Shown here one piece after another: positions 9,374-18,499 of a DNA stretch of 32,000 nt. The first letter of the stretch is position 1. Each line of letters opens with the position of its first letter. The stretch comes from Patescibacteria group bacterium (GTDB lineage Bacteria > Patescibacteriota > Patescibacteriia > 2-01-FULL-39-33): contig JBAZMW010000004.1 in the NCBI GenBank assembly GCA_041649575.1, positions 60,001-92,000 of the forward strand, read 5' to 3'. A model generated the notes under the pieces. It had not been told where the DNA came from and made no database searches. It worked only from the letters and a program-made list of their open reading frames with translations. A program made the translations under genes and the position numbers.

Positions 9374-9832
9374 ATGTTCAAAGAAAATCAGCCCGCCGGT
9401 GAAACCGAAACCGTTATTGGACCGTCGGTAAAAGTGGAGGGCGACTTTGTCACTGAAGGCAATGTCGTGGTTCAGGGAACGGTTTGCGGTACCATTAAAA
9501 CCTCCAAGGACCTCAAAATCGGCTCTAAATCAAAAATTTTCGCCGATGTCAGCGCCGAAAACGCCCTAGTTGCCGGAGAAATTCAAGGGAATATCAGGAT
9601 CGGCTCTAGATTAGAGCTCACTTCTACGGCCAAAGTCTTCGGCGACGTTAAAACCGAAACCCTGATTATGGCAAACGGCGCCATTTTAAATGGCAAGTGC
9701 CAAATGGGTAATGTCAAAGAGCGGTCTTCTCGACCCGACTTTACCAAGCAGGCGAAAATCGACCTAAAACCACAAACGACGGAGGAACTGACGGAAAATT
9801 CAAACGAAGAAAACAAAAAAAAGAAAAAATAA
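9374..9832 (+). CDS. bactofilin / polymer-forming cytoskeletal protein
   Basis: ETVIGPSVKVEGDFVTEGNVVVQGTVCGTIKTSKDLKIGSKSKIFADVSAENALVAGEIQGNI... repetitive beta-helix pattern with Lys-rich tail. Confidence 0.88.
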   Translation: MFKENQPAGETETVIGPSVKVEGDFVTEGNVVVQGTVCGTIKTSKDLKIGSKSKIFADVSAENALVAGEIQGNIRIGSRLELTSTAKVFGDVKTETLIMANGAILNGKCQMGNVKERSSRPDFTKQAKIDLKPQTTEELTENSNEENKKKKK

Positions 9833-9872
9833 ACAAAACCAACCGCCAATAAGCTGTTATTGGCATCTTTTT

Positions 9873-10616
9873 ATGTATTACTATCTCTATGATTCGCGCT
9901 TGGCTGAAAAAAAATATGGCAGCACTGTCGCTAAAATTGAAACCCGGCTAACGGATTTGGGCATTAATGGAAAAATAAACCATCTGTCTTTTCTAAAAAA
10001 CATTCAGCAAGTGGTGGGCGAAGAGCTTAAAAGGGGCGTGAAAACAATTGTCATTGTCGGCGATGACAAAACTTTTGGACAAGTAATAAACCTGATAGCC
10101 GACTTTAATGTGGTTGTCGGCTTTATACCTGTTGAGGGCAAAAACGACATTGCCAGGTTATTAGGCATACCTGAGGGTGAGAAGGCCTGCGACGTCTTGT
10201 CTTCTAGAATAATCAAAAAGATGGATCTTGGAGAAATTAATGGCTATTACTTTTTTACCTCCTTGGAGGTTATTAACCACCAGGTGGCCCTAGAGTGTGA
10301 CAATAGTTATTTTATCAACTCTGAAAAAAAAGAATTGGCGATAAAAATTGCCAACCTGGACTGTTATCAAGAAGCGCCCACTCAGCCCGATGACAATAAA
10401 TTGGATATTTTTTTAACCGGCCCTAAAAGCACTTTTTTTTGGAAAAAAAATACCGACCCGCCGACGCATCTAAAAGCCAAAAACATAAGAATTACCAGCT
10501 TTAAATCAACACCCATCTTATTAAACGATGACGGCCGCATTATCAAAACTCCGGCCACCATCACCATCAGCCACAAAAAAATAAAAGTTATCGTAGGAAA
10601 AAATAGATTATTTTAA
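9873..10616 (+). CDS. diacylglycerol-kinase catalytic-domain-like (YegS/LCB5-like) protein with degenerate GGDGT motif
   Basis: KTIVIVGDDKTFGQVINLIADFNVVVGFIPVEGKNDIARLLGIP resembles the family pattern GGDGTxxEVxNGL...LGxxPxGTxNDFARxLGIP. Confidence 0.65.
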   Translation: MYYYLYDSRLAEKKYGSTVAKIETRLTDLGINGKINHLSFLKNIQQVVGEELKRGVKTIVIVGDDKTFGQVINLIADFNVVVGFIPVEGKNDIARLLGIPEGEKACDVLSSRIIKKMDLGEINGYYFFTSLEVINHQVALECDNSYFINSEKKELAIKIANLDCYQEAPTQPDDNKLDIFLTGPKSTFFWKKNTDPPTHLKAKNIRITSFKSTPILLNDDGRIIKTPATITISHKKIKVIVGKNRLF

Positions 10617-10641
10617 AAAAACGGCCTCTAAGGCCGTTTTT
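10617..10641. terminator. bidirectional terminator
   Basis: AAAAACGGCCT-CTA-AGGCCGTTTTTTT between convergent genes. Confidence 0.85.
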
Positions 10642-10655
10642 TTATTCTAAGAAGA

Positions 10656-10925
10656 TCAAGTGGCGACCGGTTCCCGAATAAACTTTTTTTGTTCAATTAA
10701 ATTATCATCAACTATCATCACTTTTTCTCTTATCTCTATTACCCGACTACTATCGATGATTAAATCATGAACCAATAGCTTTTCAACCAACTTGGGAGAA
10801 GAGACGATATATTTTTCCAATTGCTGGGTCTCACTGTTAAACTCAAAATCCTTTACCTGGCCTAATCTTTGACCACTTTCAGTCTCGACCTCCAGGCCAA
10901 TTAGTTGTTTTTGATTAAGAAACAT
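10656..10925 (-). CDS. PRC-barrel domain protein
   Basis: MFLNQKQLIGLEVETESGQRLGQVKDFEFNSETQQLEKYIV PRC-barrel-like sequence. Confidence 0.75.
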   Translation of the reverse strand: MFLNQKQLIGLEVETESGQRLGQVKDFEFNSETQQLEKYIVSSPKLVEKLLVHDLIIDSSRVIEIREKVMIVDDNLIEQKKFIREPVAT

Positions 10926-10937
10926 CGATTTTAAAAA

Positions 10938-11681
10938 TCAACGCTTATCTAATATTTCTACGGCGGGCTGATCCTTCTTTTTTCTAAAAGTCACTAATTG
11001 CTGCAAAATTGTTAAAAGAGTAACTACCAGCCAGTAGAGAACTAGGCCGCTAGGCAAGGTAAAACCAATAATAAAAGTCATGATGGGCATAAAAATAACC
11101 ATCTGTTTGTTCATAATAGCCAACGTACCCTCATCTTTACTACCAGTGGTTTTAACTTCCGGTTTATTGAAATTAAGCATTCGAGCTTGCCAGAATTGAG
11201 CCAGAGCGGCTAAAGCCGCCAGAATTACCTGTGGCTTGGATAAATCCAAAAAACCAAAAGCGATCGGGCTAAGTGTGCCGGGATTGGGAATAAAAGAATA
11301 AAGCTTGCTTAAACTGCCCTGGGCCAAACCAGTGTAAAAAACTTGATAAATGGCTATTAAAAAAGGAAATTGAATCAATAGGGGCAAGCAGGAAGAAAAG
11401 GGACTGACTTTTTCTGCCTTATAAAGCTTCATCATCTCTACGCCCATTTTTTCCCGTTGATCCTTGTATTGATTTTTCAGGGCGTTAATTTTTGGCTGAA
11501 GCTGTTGTAAGGCTTTCTGCGACTTCAAGGATTTGGCAGAAAAAGGATATAAAATCAATTTAATCAAAAAAGTTAATAAAATAATAGCCACTCCGATGTC
11601 ATGACCGGGAATAAAATTATAAAACAACACCAATAGATTCAGCAGCGGCTGATAAAAAATAATATTAAATAATTGAATCAT
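10938..11681 (-). CDS. yidC: YidC/Oxa1 family membrane protein insertase
   Basis: FYNFIPGHDIGVAIILLTFLIKLILYPFSAKSLKSQKALQQLQPKINALKNQYKDQREKMGVEMMKLYKAEKVSPFSSCLPLLIQFPFLIAIYQVF; located beside yidD-rnpA-rpmH. Confidence 0.95.
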   Translation of the reverse strand: MIQLFNIIFYQPLLNLLVLFYNFIPGHDIGVAIILLTFLIKLILYPFSAKSLKSQKALQQLQPKINALKNQYKDQREKMGVEMMKLYKAEKVSPFSSCLPLLIQFPFLIAIYQVFYTGLAQGSLSKLYSFIPNPGTLSPIAFGFLDLSKPQVILAALAALAQFWQARMLNFNKPEVKTTGSKDEGTLAIMNKQMVIFMPIMTFIIGFTLPSGLVLYWLVVTLLTILQQLVTFRKKKDQPAVEILDKR

Positions 11682-11712
11682 AAATTAATTTTAGTCCGGC
11701 CTGGAAAAATTT

Positions 11713-11985
11713 TTATTTTACCTGGTCGAGGCCGCCTTTAGAAAATGGGTTGCAACGCAGCACCCGCCCCAAAGCCTTTAACCCCCCCTTAATAATTCCA
11801 TATTTTTCTACCGCCTGATAGGCATACTCTGAACAGGTCGGCTGAAACTTACAGTAACCGCCCGGGTAAAAAATCCGTGGCCAGCCGTAGTCAAAAGAAA
11901 GGGTTTTTTGGTAGAGTCTGATTAATCTTAAAGCAAAAAAACGAAGAGAATAAGCCAGGTTGCGAATTGTTAAATTAATCGGCAT
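11713..11985 (-). CDS. yidD: membrane protein insertion efficiency factor YidD
   Basis: [69 protein letters not shown]. Confidence 0.93.
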   Translation of the reverse strand: MPINLTIRNLAYSLRFFALRLIRLYQKTLSFDYGWPRIFYPGGYCKFQPTCSEYAYQAVEKYGIIKGGLKALGRVLRCNPFSKGGLDQVK

Positions 11986-12308
11986 TTTTTAAAAACAGTT
12001 AGGAGCTCCGATTCTAAAAACTGTTGTTTTTGACCCAAGGCCAAAGGCGTAGCGCTAATAATTATATCAATATTTTGACTAAATTTAAATAAATTTTTTT
12101 TAACAATCTCCCTTAATCGTCTTTTGATTAAATTTCTTTGCGAGGCCTTTTTAGAGACTTTATTAGAAACGACTACCGCAAAACGACAGAAATCTAAACC
12201 ATTAGGCTTATAATAAATTGCCAAAAATCCACTGAAAGCCCTCTTACCGCTTCTAAAAATTTTAAGAAAATCGTTACGTTTGGTTAGACGATATTTTTTG
12301 GCCAACAT
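11970..12308 (-). CDS. rnpA: ribonuclease P protein component
   Basis: [27 protein letters not shown]...[30 protein letters not shown] matches the RnpA pattern; between yidD and rpmH. Confidence 0.93.
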   Translation of the reverse strand: MLAKKYRLTKRNDFLKIFRSGKRAFSGFLAIYYKPNGLDFCRFAVVVSNKVSKKASQRNLIKRRLREIVKKNLFKFSQNIDIIISATPLALGQKQQFLESELLTVFKKCRLI

Positions 12309-12349
12309 AATAATAAAAAATTAGGTAATTATGGCCAAAACCGTGCCGA

Positions 12350-12478
12350 CTAGTTTGACCGACCTCGATTTTTTCTTCTTTTTAGGACTTTTCTGCCATT
12401 TTTAGTCTGCATCCGATGACGAAAGCCGTGCTTTTTGACTCTTTTTCTCTTTTTTGGTTGGTAGGTTCTCTTGGGCAT
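12350..12478 (-). CDS. rpmH: 50S ribosomal protein L34
   Basis: Manual minus-strand translation: [42 protein letters not shown] (42 aa), absent from the supplied ORF track because it is short; canonical position next to rnpA and dnaA. Confidence 0.96.
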   Translation of the reverse strand: MPKRTYQPKKRKRVKKHGFRHRMQTKNGRKVLKRRKNRGRSN

Positions 12479-12490
12479 AAAACTTCAATT

Positions 12491-12690
12491 AATAACTCTT
12501 TGTATTATTTTTTGTCGCTTTCAAAAGAATAACATTTTTTTAATAACACGTCAATGAAAAGAAAAAATATTTATCAACATCTAATCAACATCTAATCAAC
12601 ACTTTTTGTTTTTTATTGACTATTTCTAATTTTGTTAACTTGTGCTAAAATTATAAAGACTTATTTTTACTCTTAATCCAACCCTCCATC
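12491..12690. other. putative oriC region between rpmH and dnaA
   Basis: AT-rich intergenic region in the canonical rnpA-rpmH//dnaA-dnaN arrangement, carrying TTTATCAACA followed by two TCTAATCAACA repeats at 12570-12601. Confidence 0.5.
12570..12601 (+). repeat. iteron-like tandem repeats, possible divergent DnaA boxes
   Basis: TTTATCAACA / TCTAATCAACA / TCTAATCAACA, adjacent and about 11 nt apart. Confidence 0.6.
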
Positions 12691-14082
12691 ATGATTCCCC
12701 AGCAACTCTGGCAAGCAGCGCTCGGCGAGCTAGAACTTTTATTATCAAAGGCTAATTTTACCACTTGGTTTAAAAACACGGGAATCTCTTCTGTTGAAGA
12801 AAACAAGGCAGTGATTTCTGTGCCCAACAGCTTTACTAAAGAATGGCTGGAAAAAAAGTACCATCAAACTATTCTTAAGGCCCTAAAAAACGTTACCGAC
12901 AATAAAATCAAAGAGGTGGTTTACAAAATCGAGGCCGTAGCCCAACAACCAAGCTTTAATTCGGCCAGCCTGCTTAATAAAAACATTACCCCAGATAACA
13001 CCCCACCAGAAGCCACCAAAGAGAGCTACTTCAGTGATAAAATCCCGGAAACAACCAATAATTTTATTCTTAATCCCCGCTATACCTTTGCCACTTTCAT
13101 TGTCGGCAAAAACAACGAACTGGCCCATGCGGCTTCGCTGGCGGTCGCCAAGAACCCGGGCCACGCCTATAACCCATTGTTTATTTATGGCGGCGTGGGT
13201 CTAGGAAAAACCCACTTACTTCAAGCTATCGGTCATAAAATTTTAAACGATAATCCTAAAACCAAAGTTTTGTATGTTTCCTGCGAGAAATTTGCCAATG
13301 ATTTTATTAATGCTATCCAAAACGGCAAGGCCGAAGAATTCAAACAAAAATACCGCTCTATTGATTTGTTGTTAATCGATGATATTCAATTCATTTCTGG
13401 CAAGGAACAGACCCAGGAAGCTTTTTTTCACACCTTTAACGAACTACACCAGCAAAACAAACAGGTGGTGATCTCCTCTGACCGGCCGCCCAAGGCTATC
13501 GCCACCCTGGAACATCGCTTGGTTTCACGTTTTGAGTGGGGAATGATTGCCGACATCTCCAGCCCGGATTTAGAAACAAAAATGGCCATTATCGAGGCTA
13601 AAGCCAAGGAAAAAAATTACTCTCTGGAGCCGGCAGCCACCAACTACTTGGCCAGCGTCATTCATAATAATGTCAGGGAATTAGAAGGTGCGTTAAACCG
13701 TATTATTGCCCACAGTCAACTACAAAATAAAAAGTTAACTCTTGAGGAAATCAAACAAATAACCGACTCCATTACCACCAACTCTCAAAAAAAATCAATG
13801 ACCCCTAAGTATATCATTAATACTGTCGCCGAATACTTTGATATTGAAATAGCCGACATTCTCTCACCTTGCCGCAAAAAAAGCCTCACCGAGCCAAGAC
13901 AAATAATTATGTATTTGATGCGCGAGGAAATGAAAGCCTCCTATCCGACAATTGGCCAGGAGCTCGGCGGTCGCGATCATACCACAGTCATCCACGCTTA
14001 CGAAAAAATTGTCAAAAATTTAAAAACCGACGACAAATTAAGGCAGGACATTAATGTTTTAAAACAAAAACTATATAGTTGA
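12691..14082 (+). CDS. dnaA: chromosomal replication initiator protein DnaA
   Basis: NPLFIYGGVGLGKTHLLQAIGH (Walker A), LLLIDDIQFISGKEQTQEAFFHTFN (Walker B), and GGRDHTTVIHAYEKI (domain IV DNA-binding signature). Confidence 0.98.
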   Translation: MIPQQLWQAALGELELLLSKANFTTWFKNTGISSVEENKAVISVPNSFTKEWLEKKYHQTILKALKNVTDNKIKEVVYKIEAVAQQPSFNSASLLNKNITPDNTPPEATKESYFSDKIPETTNNFILNPRYTFATFIVGKNNELAHAASLAVAKNPGHAYNPLFIYGGVGLGKTHLLQAIGHKILNDNPKTKVLYVSCEKFANDFINAIQNGKAEEFKQKYRSIDLLLIDDIQFISGKEQTQEAFFHTFNELHQQNKQVVISSDRPPKAIATLEHRLVSRFEWGMIADISSPDLETKMAIIEAKAKEKNYSLEPAATNYLASVIHNNVRELEGALNRIIAHSQLQNKKLTLEEIKQITDSITTNSQKKSMTPKYIINTVAEYFDIEIADILSPCRKKSLTEPRQIIMYLMREEMKASYPTIGQELGGRDHTTVIHAYEKIVKNLKTDDKLRQDINVLKQKLYS

Positions 14083-14371
14083 TAATTTGGGTAAAAATTC
14101 TTTATAAAAAGTAACTAACTTGGTGATAGTATTGTTTTAAAAAGTTAATAAACTTTAGATAAGTTAAAATAAAACTGGAAAAATTTTTTAAAACCATTTA
14201 ATAAAATTCAAGTCACTAGTTTTAAACAGTTGGTTGTAATAATTATTCAGTGTTTATACCTAAAAAATTTATTTTAAATATTAAAAAAGGTATAGTTTCA
14301 TAAATTTTTAATAACTTTCCACTTTTCCCCTGTCATTAATATAATTATTAATAATTATTTTATTAAACTAT

Positions 14372-15496
14372 ATGAAAATTTCTTGTACCCAAGAAAATTT
14401 AAATCAAGGGTTGATGGTAGTTAGCCATATTGCCAATAAAAATTCTAATTTGCCAATTTTAGCTAACATTTTAATAAAAGTAGAAGATAAAATTTTAACT
14501 TTCTCGGCAACTAATCTAGAAATTGGCATTATAGCTCAAGTAAGGGGTAAGGTGGAAAAAGAAGGCGACTTCACAGTGGATGCTAAATTACTAGCCGACT
14601 ATATTTCTTTATTACCAAAAGAAAGGGTGGACCTGGAGTTAGTAGAAGATAATTTAAAAATAGAGTGCCAAAAACAAAAAACAAAAATTAAAGGATTAAC
14701 AGCTAGTGATTTTCCTTTAATCCCTAAAATAAACAAAGAAAACCCCTATATTATTAGTGCTAAGAGTTTTAAAGAGGCAATCAGCCAGGTGACTTTTGCT
14801 GTTTCTAATTCAGAAACTAGGCCGGAAATTTCTGGGGTGTTTATAAAATTTACTAATAATACTGCTGTTTTTGCTGCTACTGACGGCTATCGGTTGGCGG
14901 AAAAAACAATTGACCTAATTGAGGGCGGCAAAGAAGAAAAGACAATAATCGTACCAGTCAGAACCCTACAGGAGATTTCCAGGGTGTTAGGAATTTTTAA
15001 AGAGGACGTGTCCCTAAAAGAAGTGGAAAATGTGGAGATTTATATTTCTAATAACCAGATAGTGTTTACTTATAATGGGGTGGAGTTAGTCTCCCGTTTA
15101 ATTGAGGGAGAATATCCTAATTATTCCCAAATCGTACCCAATAACAGTAAGACACAAATTAAAACCAATATCAATTCTTTAATTAAAGCAGTTAAAACAG
15201 CCAGTCTCTTCACTAAGAGTGGTATTTATGATATTAAATTAGAATTTAAAAAGAATAATGAAATAATCATCACCTCCTCCTCTTCTCAAACAGGGGAAAA
15301 TATTTCAACCCTGGAGGCGGCTGTTAGCGGCGAAGAAAATAGTATTGTTTTAAATTATCGGTATTTTTTGGATGGTTTACAAAATATTAATACAGAAGAA
15401 ATAATTATAGAAATAAATGACAGTAACAGCCCCTGTTTAATGAAGCCATCCGGATTGAGTGATTATTTTTATATTATCATGCCAATAAAACAGTAG
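14372..15496 (+). CDS. dnaN: DNA polymerase III subunit beta (sliding clamp)
   Basis: MKISCTQENLNQGLMVVSHIANKNSNLPILANILIKVE..., RPEISGVFIKF, TDGYRLAEK; C-terminal YFYIIMPIK; downstream of dnaA. Confidence 0.97.
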   Translation: MKISCTQENLNQGLMVVSHIANKNSNLPILANILIKVEDKILTFSATNLEIGIIAQVRGKVEKEGDFTVDAKLLADYISLLPKERVDLELVEDNLKIECQKQKTKIKGLTASDFPLIPKINKENPYIISAKSFKEAISQVTFAVSNSETRPEISGVFIKFTNNTAVFAATDGYRLAEKTIDLIEGGKEEKTIIVPVRTLQEISRVLGIFKEDVSLKEVENVEIYISNNQIVFTYNGVELVSRLIEGEYPNYSQIVPNNSKTQIKTNINSLIKAVKTASLFTKSGIYDIKLEFKKNNEIIITSSSSQTGENISTLEAAVSGEENSIVLNYRYFLDGLQNINTEEIIIEINDSNSPCLMKPSGLSDYFYIIMPIKQ

Positions 15497-15507
15497 ACTG
15501 GCTAAAT

Positions 15508-15540
15508 AAAAAGATCACCCCAGTTTGGGGTGATCTTTTT
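15508..15540. terminator. bidirectional terminator
   Basis: AAAAAGATCACCCC-AGTTT-GGGGTGATCTTTTT between convergent dnaN and the PBP gene. Confidence 0.9.
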
Positions 15541-15548
15541 ATTTAGCA

Positions 15549-18443
15549 TTATTTTATTTCTAAATTCAACTTAGCGGTAGGTGTTTTTTTGTTATTTAGA
15601 TCAAATATATAGCCGTAAATTTCATAATGGCCGGGACTGATTGTCTTATTCCAAATAATGGAAATGTCGGCTTTTTGGGGTTCACTGTAGCCCAAATATC
15701 CCTCTGAGCCATCCCCTACTTTTTGATAGTAGAAATCAATTTTTTTTACCTTTTGCCAATTGGTGAGCTGGGCACGCAGGGTAATTGGCAGTTTAATAGT
15801 GAAATTATCCTCTGGATAGGACCAAGTAAAGACGGGCAGGGTTTGTGGTAAAAGAAGATTTAATTCCACAGATTTTTTGGTGGTATTTTCCAAATCATCC
15901 TTGGCCAAAACCGATAGAGTATGATAGCCATTAGTTAAGGCTGATAAATTAAGGGAAGCGTCGCTGGAATCATTTTTGGTCTCAATTAGCTTGTTATCCA
16001 AATAATATTCTATTTTTTTTATACCCCGTCTGGCTGATGCCGCTATTTCCACAGTTAGGCTGGCTTCTTTTATGGTTTGGTTGGGTAGTGGAGTAATAAT
16101 AGTTAGGTTGGGCTGGTCGGCTTCCAGGTGAATATTATCATAATCCGTCGGCAAGTTTTGATTATTTTGGCTAGTGTCATAACCTTTCTCTTTTGCCCAT
16201 CTTTGGACGGCCTGCTCCCAGTTATTAAATTGGGGATCGGCAGAGGGATTTTGGGGCGGCTCACCGTGAGGATCGTCTTTGTTTATATAATTTAAAATGT
16301 CGTGAATCTCTTTGATTTTGATTTCTTTAATGGTTGATTCCGGTGTGTATTGCGTGGCCAGTTTATTGGACATGGTATCGATTTTTACAATGGTCTCCGG
16401 GCTGGTTTGGCCGTCTAAAATCGGCTTGCCGGTGGTTATTTTTTCTGGGGCAGTAAAATTTTCTGGGGCAGTATCTTTTAGCGCTTCAAGCATAAATTGA
16501 TTCCAAATGGGAGCGGCAACAATACTGCCGTCGGCGCCGCGTTTCATTTCCTTATTGTTATTGTTGCCCACCCAAACGCCGGCTACCAGGCTGGGCGTAT
16601 AGCCAATAGTCCAAGCGTCATGATAATCATTGGTGGTACCGGTTTTAGCGGCGACAGGACGGTTTGGTAGGGTCAGTTTACTGCCTCGTCCAAAAATAAA
16701 CGACCTGGCTTCATCGTCAGAAATAATACTGGTGGTTAAGCGGGCAATTTCCGGTTCTAAGATTTTTTTTGTTTTATCTTTGTACTCATAAAGCACCCGG
16801 CCTTGTTTATCTTCGATTTTAAGGATGGGGTTAAGCTCATGTTTTATGCCTTCTTGGGCCAAAACCGCATAAGCTCCCACGTGTTCCAAGAGTTTTATTT
16901 CCCCGCCACCCAAACAAATTGACAGACCAAAGCGGTCGCGATCCTTGAGGGTGGTATATCCCAGTGAGTCGGCCAGATCCAAAATATTATTAATGCCGGT
17001 GAGGTAGGTGGTTTTAACGGCCGGGATATTAAGCGAGCCGGCCAGCGCCACTTTCATGGTTATGGGGCCGTGTTCTTTTAGGTCATAATTTTTAGGCTCA
17101 TATGGCTGGGAACCAGTGGTGTCGAAATTGGTATTAACATCATACAATACCGTGTCAGGGGTGTAGCCCTTAAGAAAGGCGGCGCTATAAACGATCGGTT
17201 TAAAAGAAGAGCCGGGTTGCCTAGGTCTTAGGGAGACATTGACCTGGCCGTCAATTTCGTCATTAAAATAATCAACGGAACCAACCATAGCCAGAATTTG
17301 TCCGGTTTTCGGATCGAGAGCGGTTAAAGAGGCGTTGGTAAAATTATATTTTTTACCATTAGTTTCCACTCCCGCTTTCACTGCCTCTTCCGCTATTTTT
17401 TGCTTGTCTAAATCTAAGGTGGTAAAAACTTTTAAACCTTCTTGAGTAATAAAATCTTCGCCATATTTTTCTGAAAGCAATTCCTTGATATACATGACAA
17501 AGTGCGGGGCGATAATTGACTCCCGAAGCGGTTTAAAAATAATTTTTTCCTGTTTGGCGGTTTTGGCCTGGTCTTGGCTAATGTAGCCCAACTCCGCCAT
17601 GGAATCTAAAATATAACGCTGGCGAGCGATTAGCTTGTCTTTGTTGTTGCCATGGGGAGAATAATAGGTTGGGGCTTGAGGAATAGCAGCCAGAATGGCA
17701 CTTTCGGCCAGCGTCAGTTCTTTGGCTGGTTTGCCAAAGAATGACTGAGAAGCAGCTTCAATGCCATAAATTATCGAGCCATAAGGTATTTCATTAAAAT
17801 ACATTTGTAAAATCTCGTCTTTACTGAACTTTTTCTCCAGTTGATAAGAAATTAAAAACTCTTTGATTTTACGAGTGTAAGTCTTCTCTCCAGTCAAAAC
17901 CGCATTTTTTACAAACTGTTGGGTGAGGGTTGAACCACCAACCTTACTGCCGGTAAGAACATTTTTTATTAATGAACGGGCGATACCTGTCAGACTAAAA
18001 CCTTTATGCTTGTAAAAATCCCTATCTTCGGCGGCTAGAGTCGCTTGCTGGGCGAATTTGGGGATATCGTCTAATTTGATTAAAGTTCTCTTGATGTCGC
18101 CGTGTACATCATATAAAACAGTTTGCCCGGTGCGATCGTAAATTTTAGTGCTGACCGTCAGGTTGCGGTTGATTACTTTGTTGGGGCTGGGCAGGTCCTT
18201 GGAAATCCAGGCCAGAACTCCAATCGAAGAAAGCCCAACCAGAAGAATTATAAAAATTATTAGAGGTACTAGGGTACCAATCAGCTTCTTTAATCCTTTT
18301 TTGGGCGGCCGATAACTACTTTTGGCAAAGGTTAGATCGGCTTGATGGTGGGTCTTGTCTTTCTGGCGCCGTGATTTTTTCAGATAAACCGGATTACGCC
18401 AGTCTGGCGTGGGTTTGCGAGGAGAGAGTTGAGGTATGGTCAT
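15549..18443 (-). CDS. class A penicillin-binding protein (glycosyltransferase 51 + transpeptidase) with C-terminal Ig-like extension
   Basis: AEDRDFYKHKGFSLTGIARSLIKNVLTGSKVGGSTLTQQFVKN (GT51); RPRQPGSSFKPIVYS (SxxK), AGSLNIPAVKT (SxN), AAKTGTTNDYHDAWTIGYTP (KTG). Confidence 0.96.
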   Translation of the reverse strand: MTIPQLSPRKPTPDWRNPVYLKKSRRQKDKTHHQADLTFAKSSYRPPKKGLKKLIGTLVPLIIFIILLVGLSSIGVLAWISKDLPSPNKVINRNLTVSTKIYDRTGQTVLYDVHGDIKRTLIKLDDIPKFAQQATLAAEDRDFYKHKGFSLTGIARSLIKNVLTGSKVGGSTLTQQFVKNAVLTGEKTYTRKIKEFLISYQLEKKFSKDEILQMYFNEIPYGSIIYGIEAASQSFFGKPAKELTLAESAILAAIPQAPTYYSPHGNNKDKLIARQRYILDSMAELGYISQDQAKTAKQEKIIFKPLRESIIAPHFVMYIKELLSEKYGEDFITQEGLKVFTTLDLDKQKIAEEAVKAGVETNGKKYNFTNASLTALDPKTGQILAMVGSVDYFNDEIDGQVNVSLRPRQPGSSFKPIVYSAAFLKGYTPDTVLYDVNTNFDTTGSQPYEPKNYDLKEHGPITMKVALAGSLNIPAVKTTYLTGINNILDLADSLGYTTLKDRDRFGLSICLGGGEIKLLEHVGAYAVLAQEGIKHELNPILKIEDKQGRVLYEYKDKTKKILEPEIARLTTSIISDDEARSFIFGRGSKLTLPNRPVAAKTGTTNDYHDAWTIGYTPSLVAGVWVGNNNNKEMKRGADGSIVAAPIWNQFMLEALKDTAPENFTAPEKITTGKPILDGQTSPETIVKIDTMSNKLATQYTPESTIKEIKIKEIHDILNYINKDDPHGEPPQNPSADPQFNNWEQAVQRWAKEKGYDTSQNNQNLPTDYDNIHLEADQPNLTIITPLPNQTIKEASLTVEIAASARRGIKKIEYYLDNKLIETKNDSSDASLNLSALTNGYHTLSVLAKDDLENTTKKSVELNLLLPQTLPVFTWSYPEDNFTIKLPITLRAQLTNWQKVKKIDFYYQKVGDGSEGYLGYSEPQKADISIIWNKTISPGHYEIYGYIFDLNNKKTPTAKLNLEIK

Positions 18444-18499
18444 AAGAAAATTTTATTGAGACTATCGCAAGTATTTGTACTTTAAGACAAGGATTGGTT

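Noticed and set aside
12570-12601. CRISPR-like array interpretation of the TCTAATCAACA repeats
   Set aside because: The repeats are 11 nt and directly adjacent with no spacers, and the location fits origin iterons. No CRISPR array or cas gene was seen anywhere in the window.
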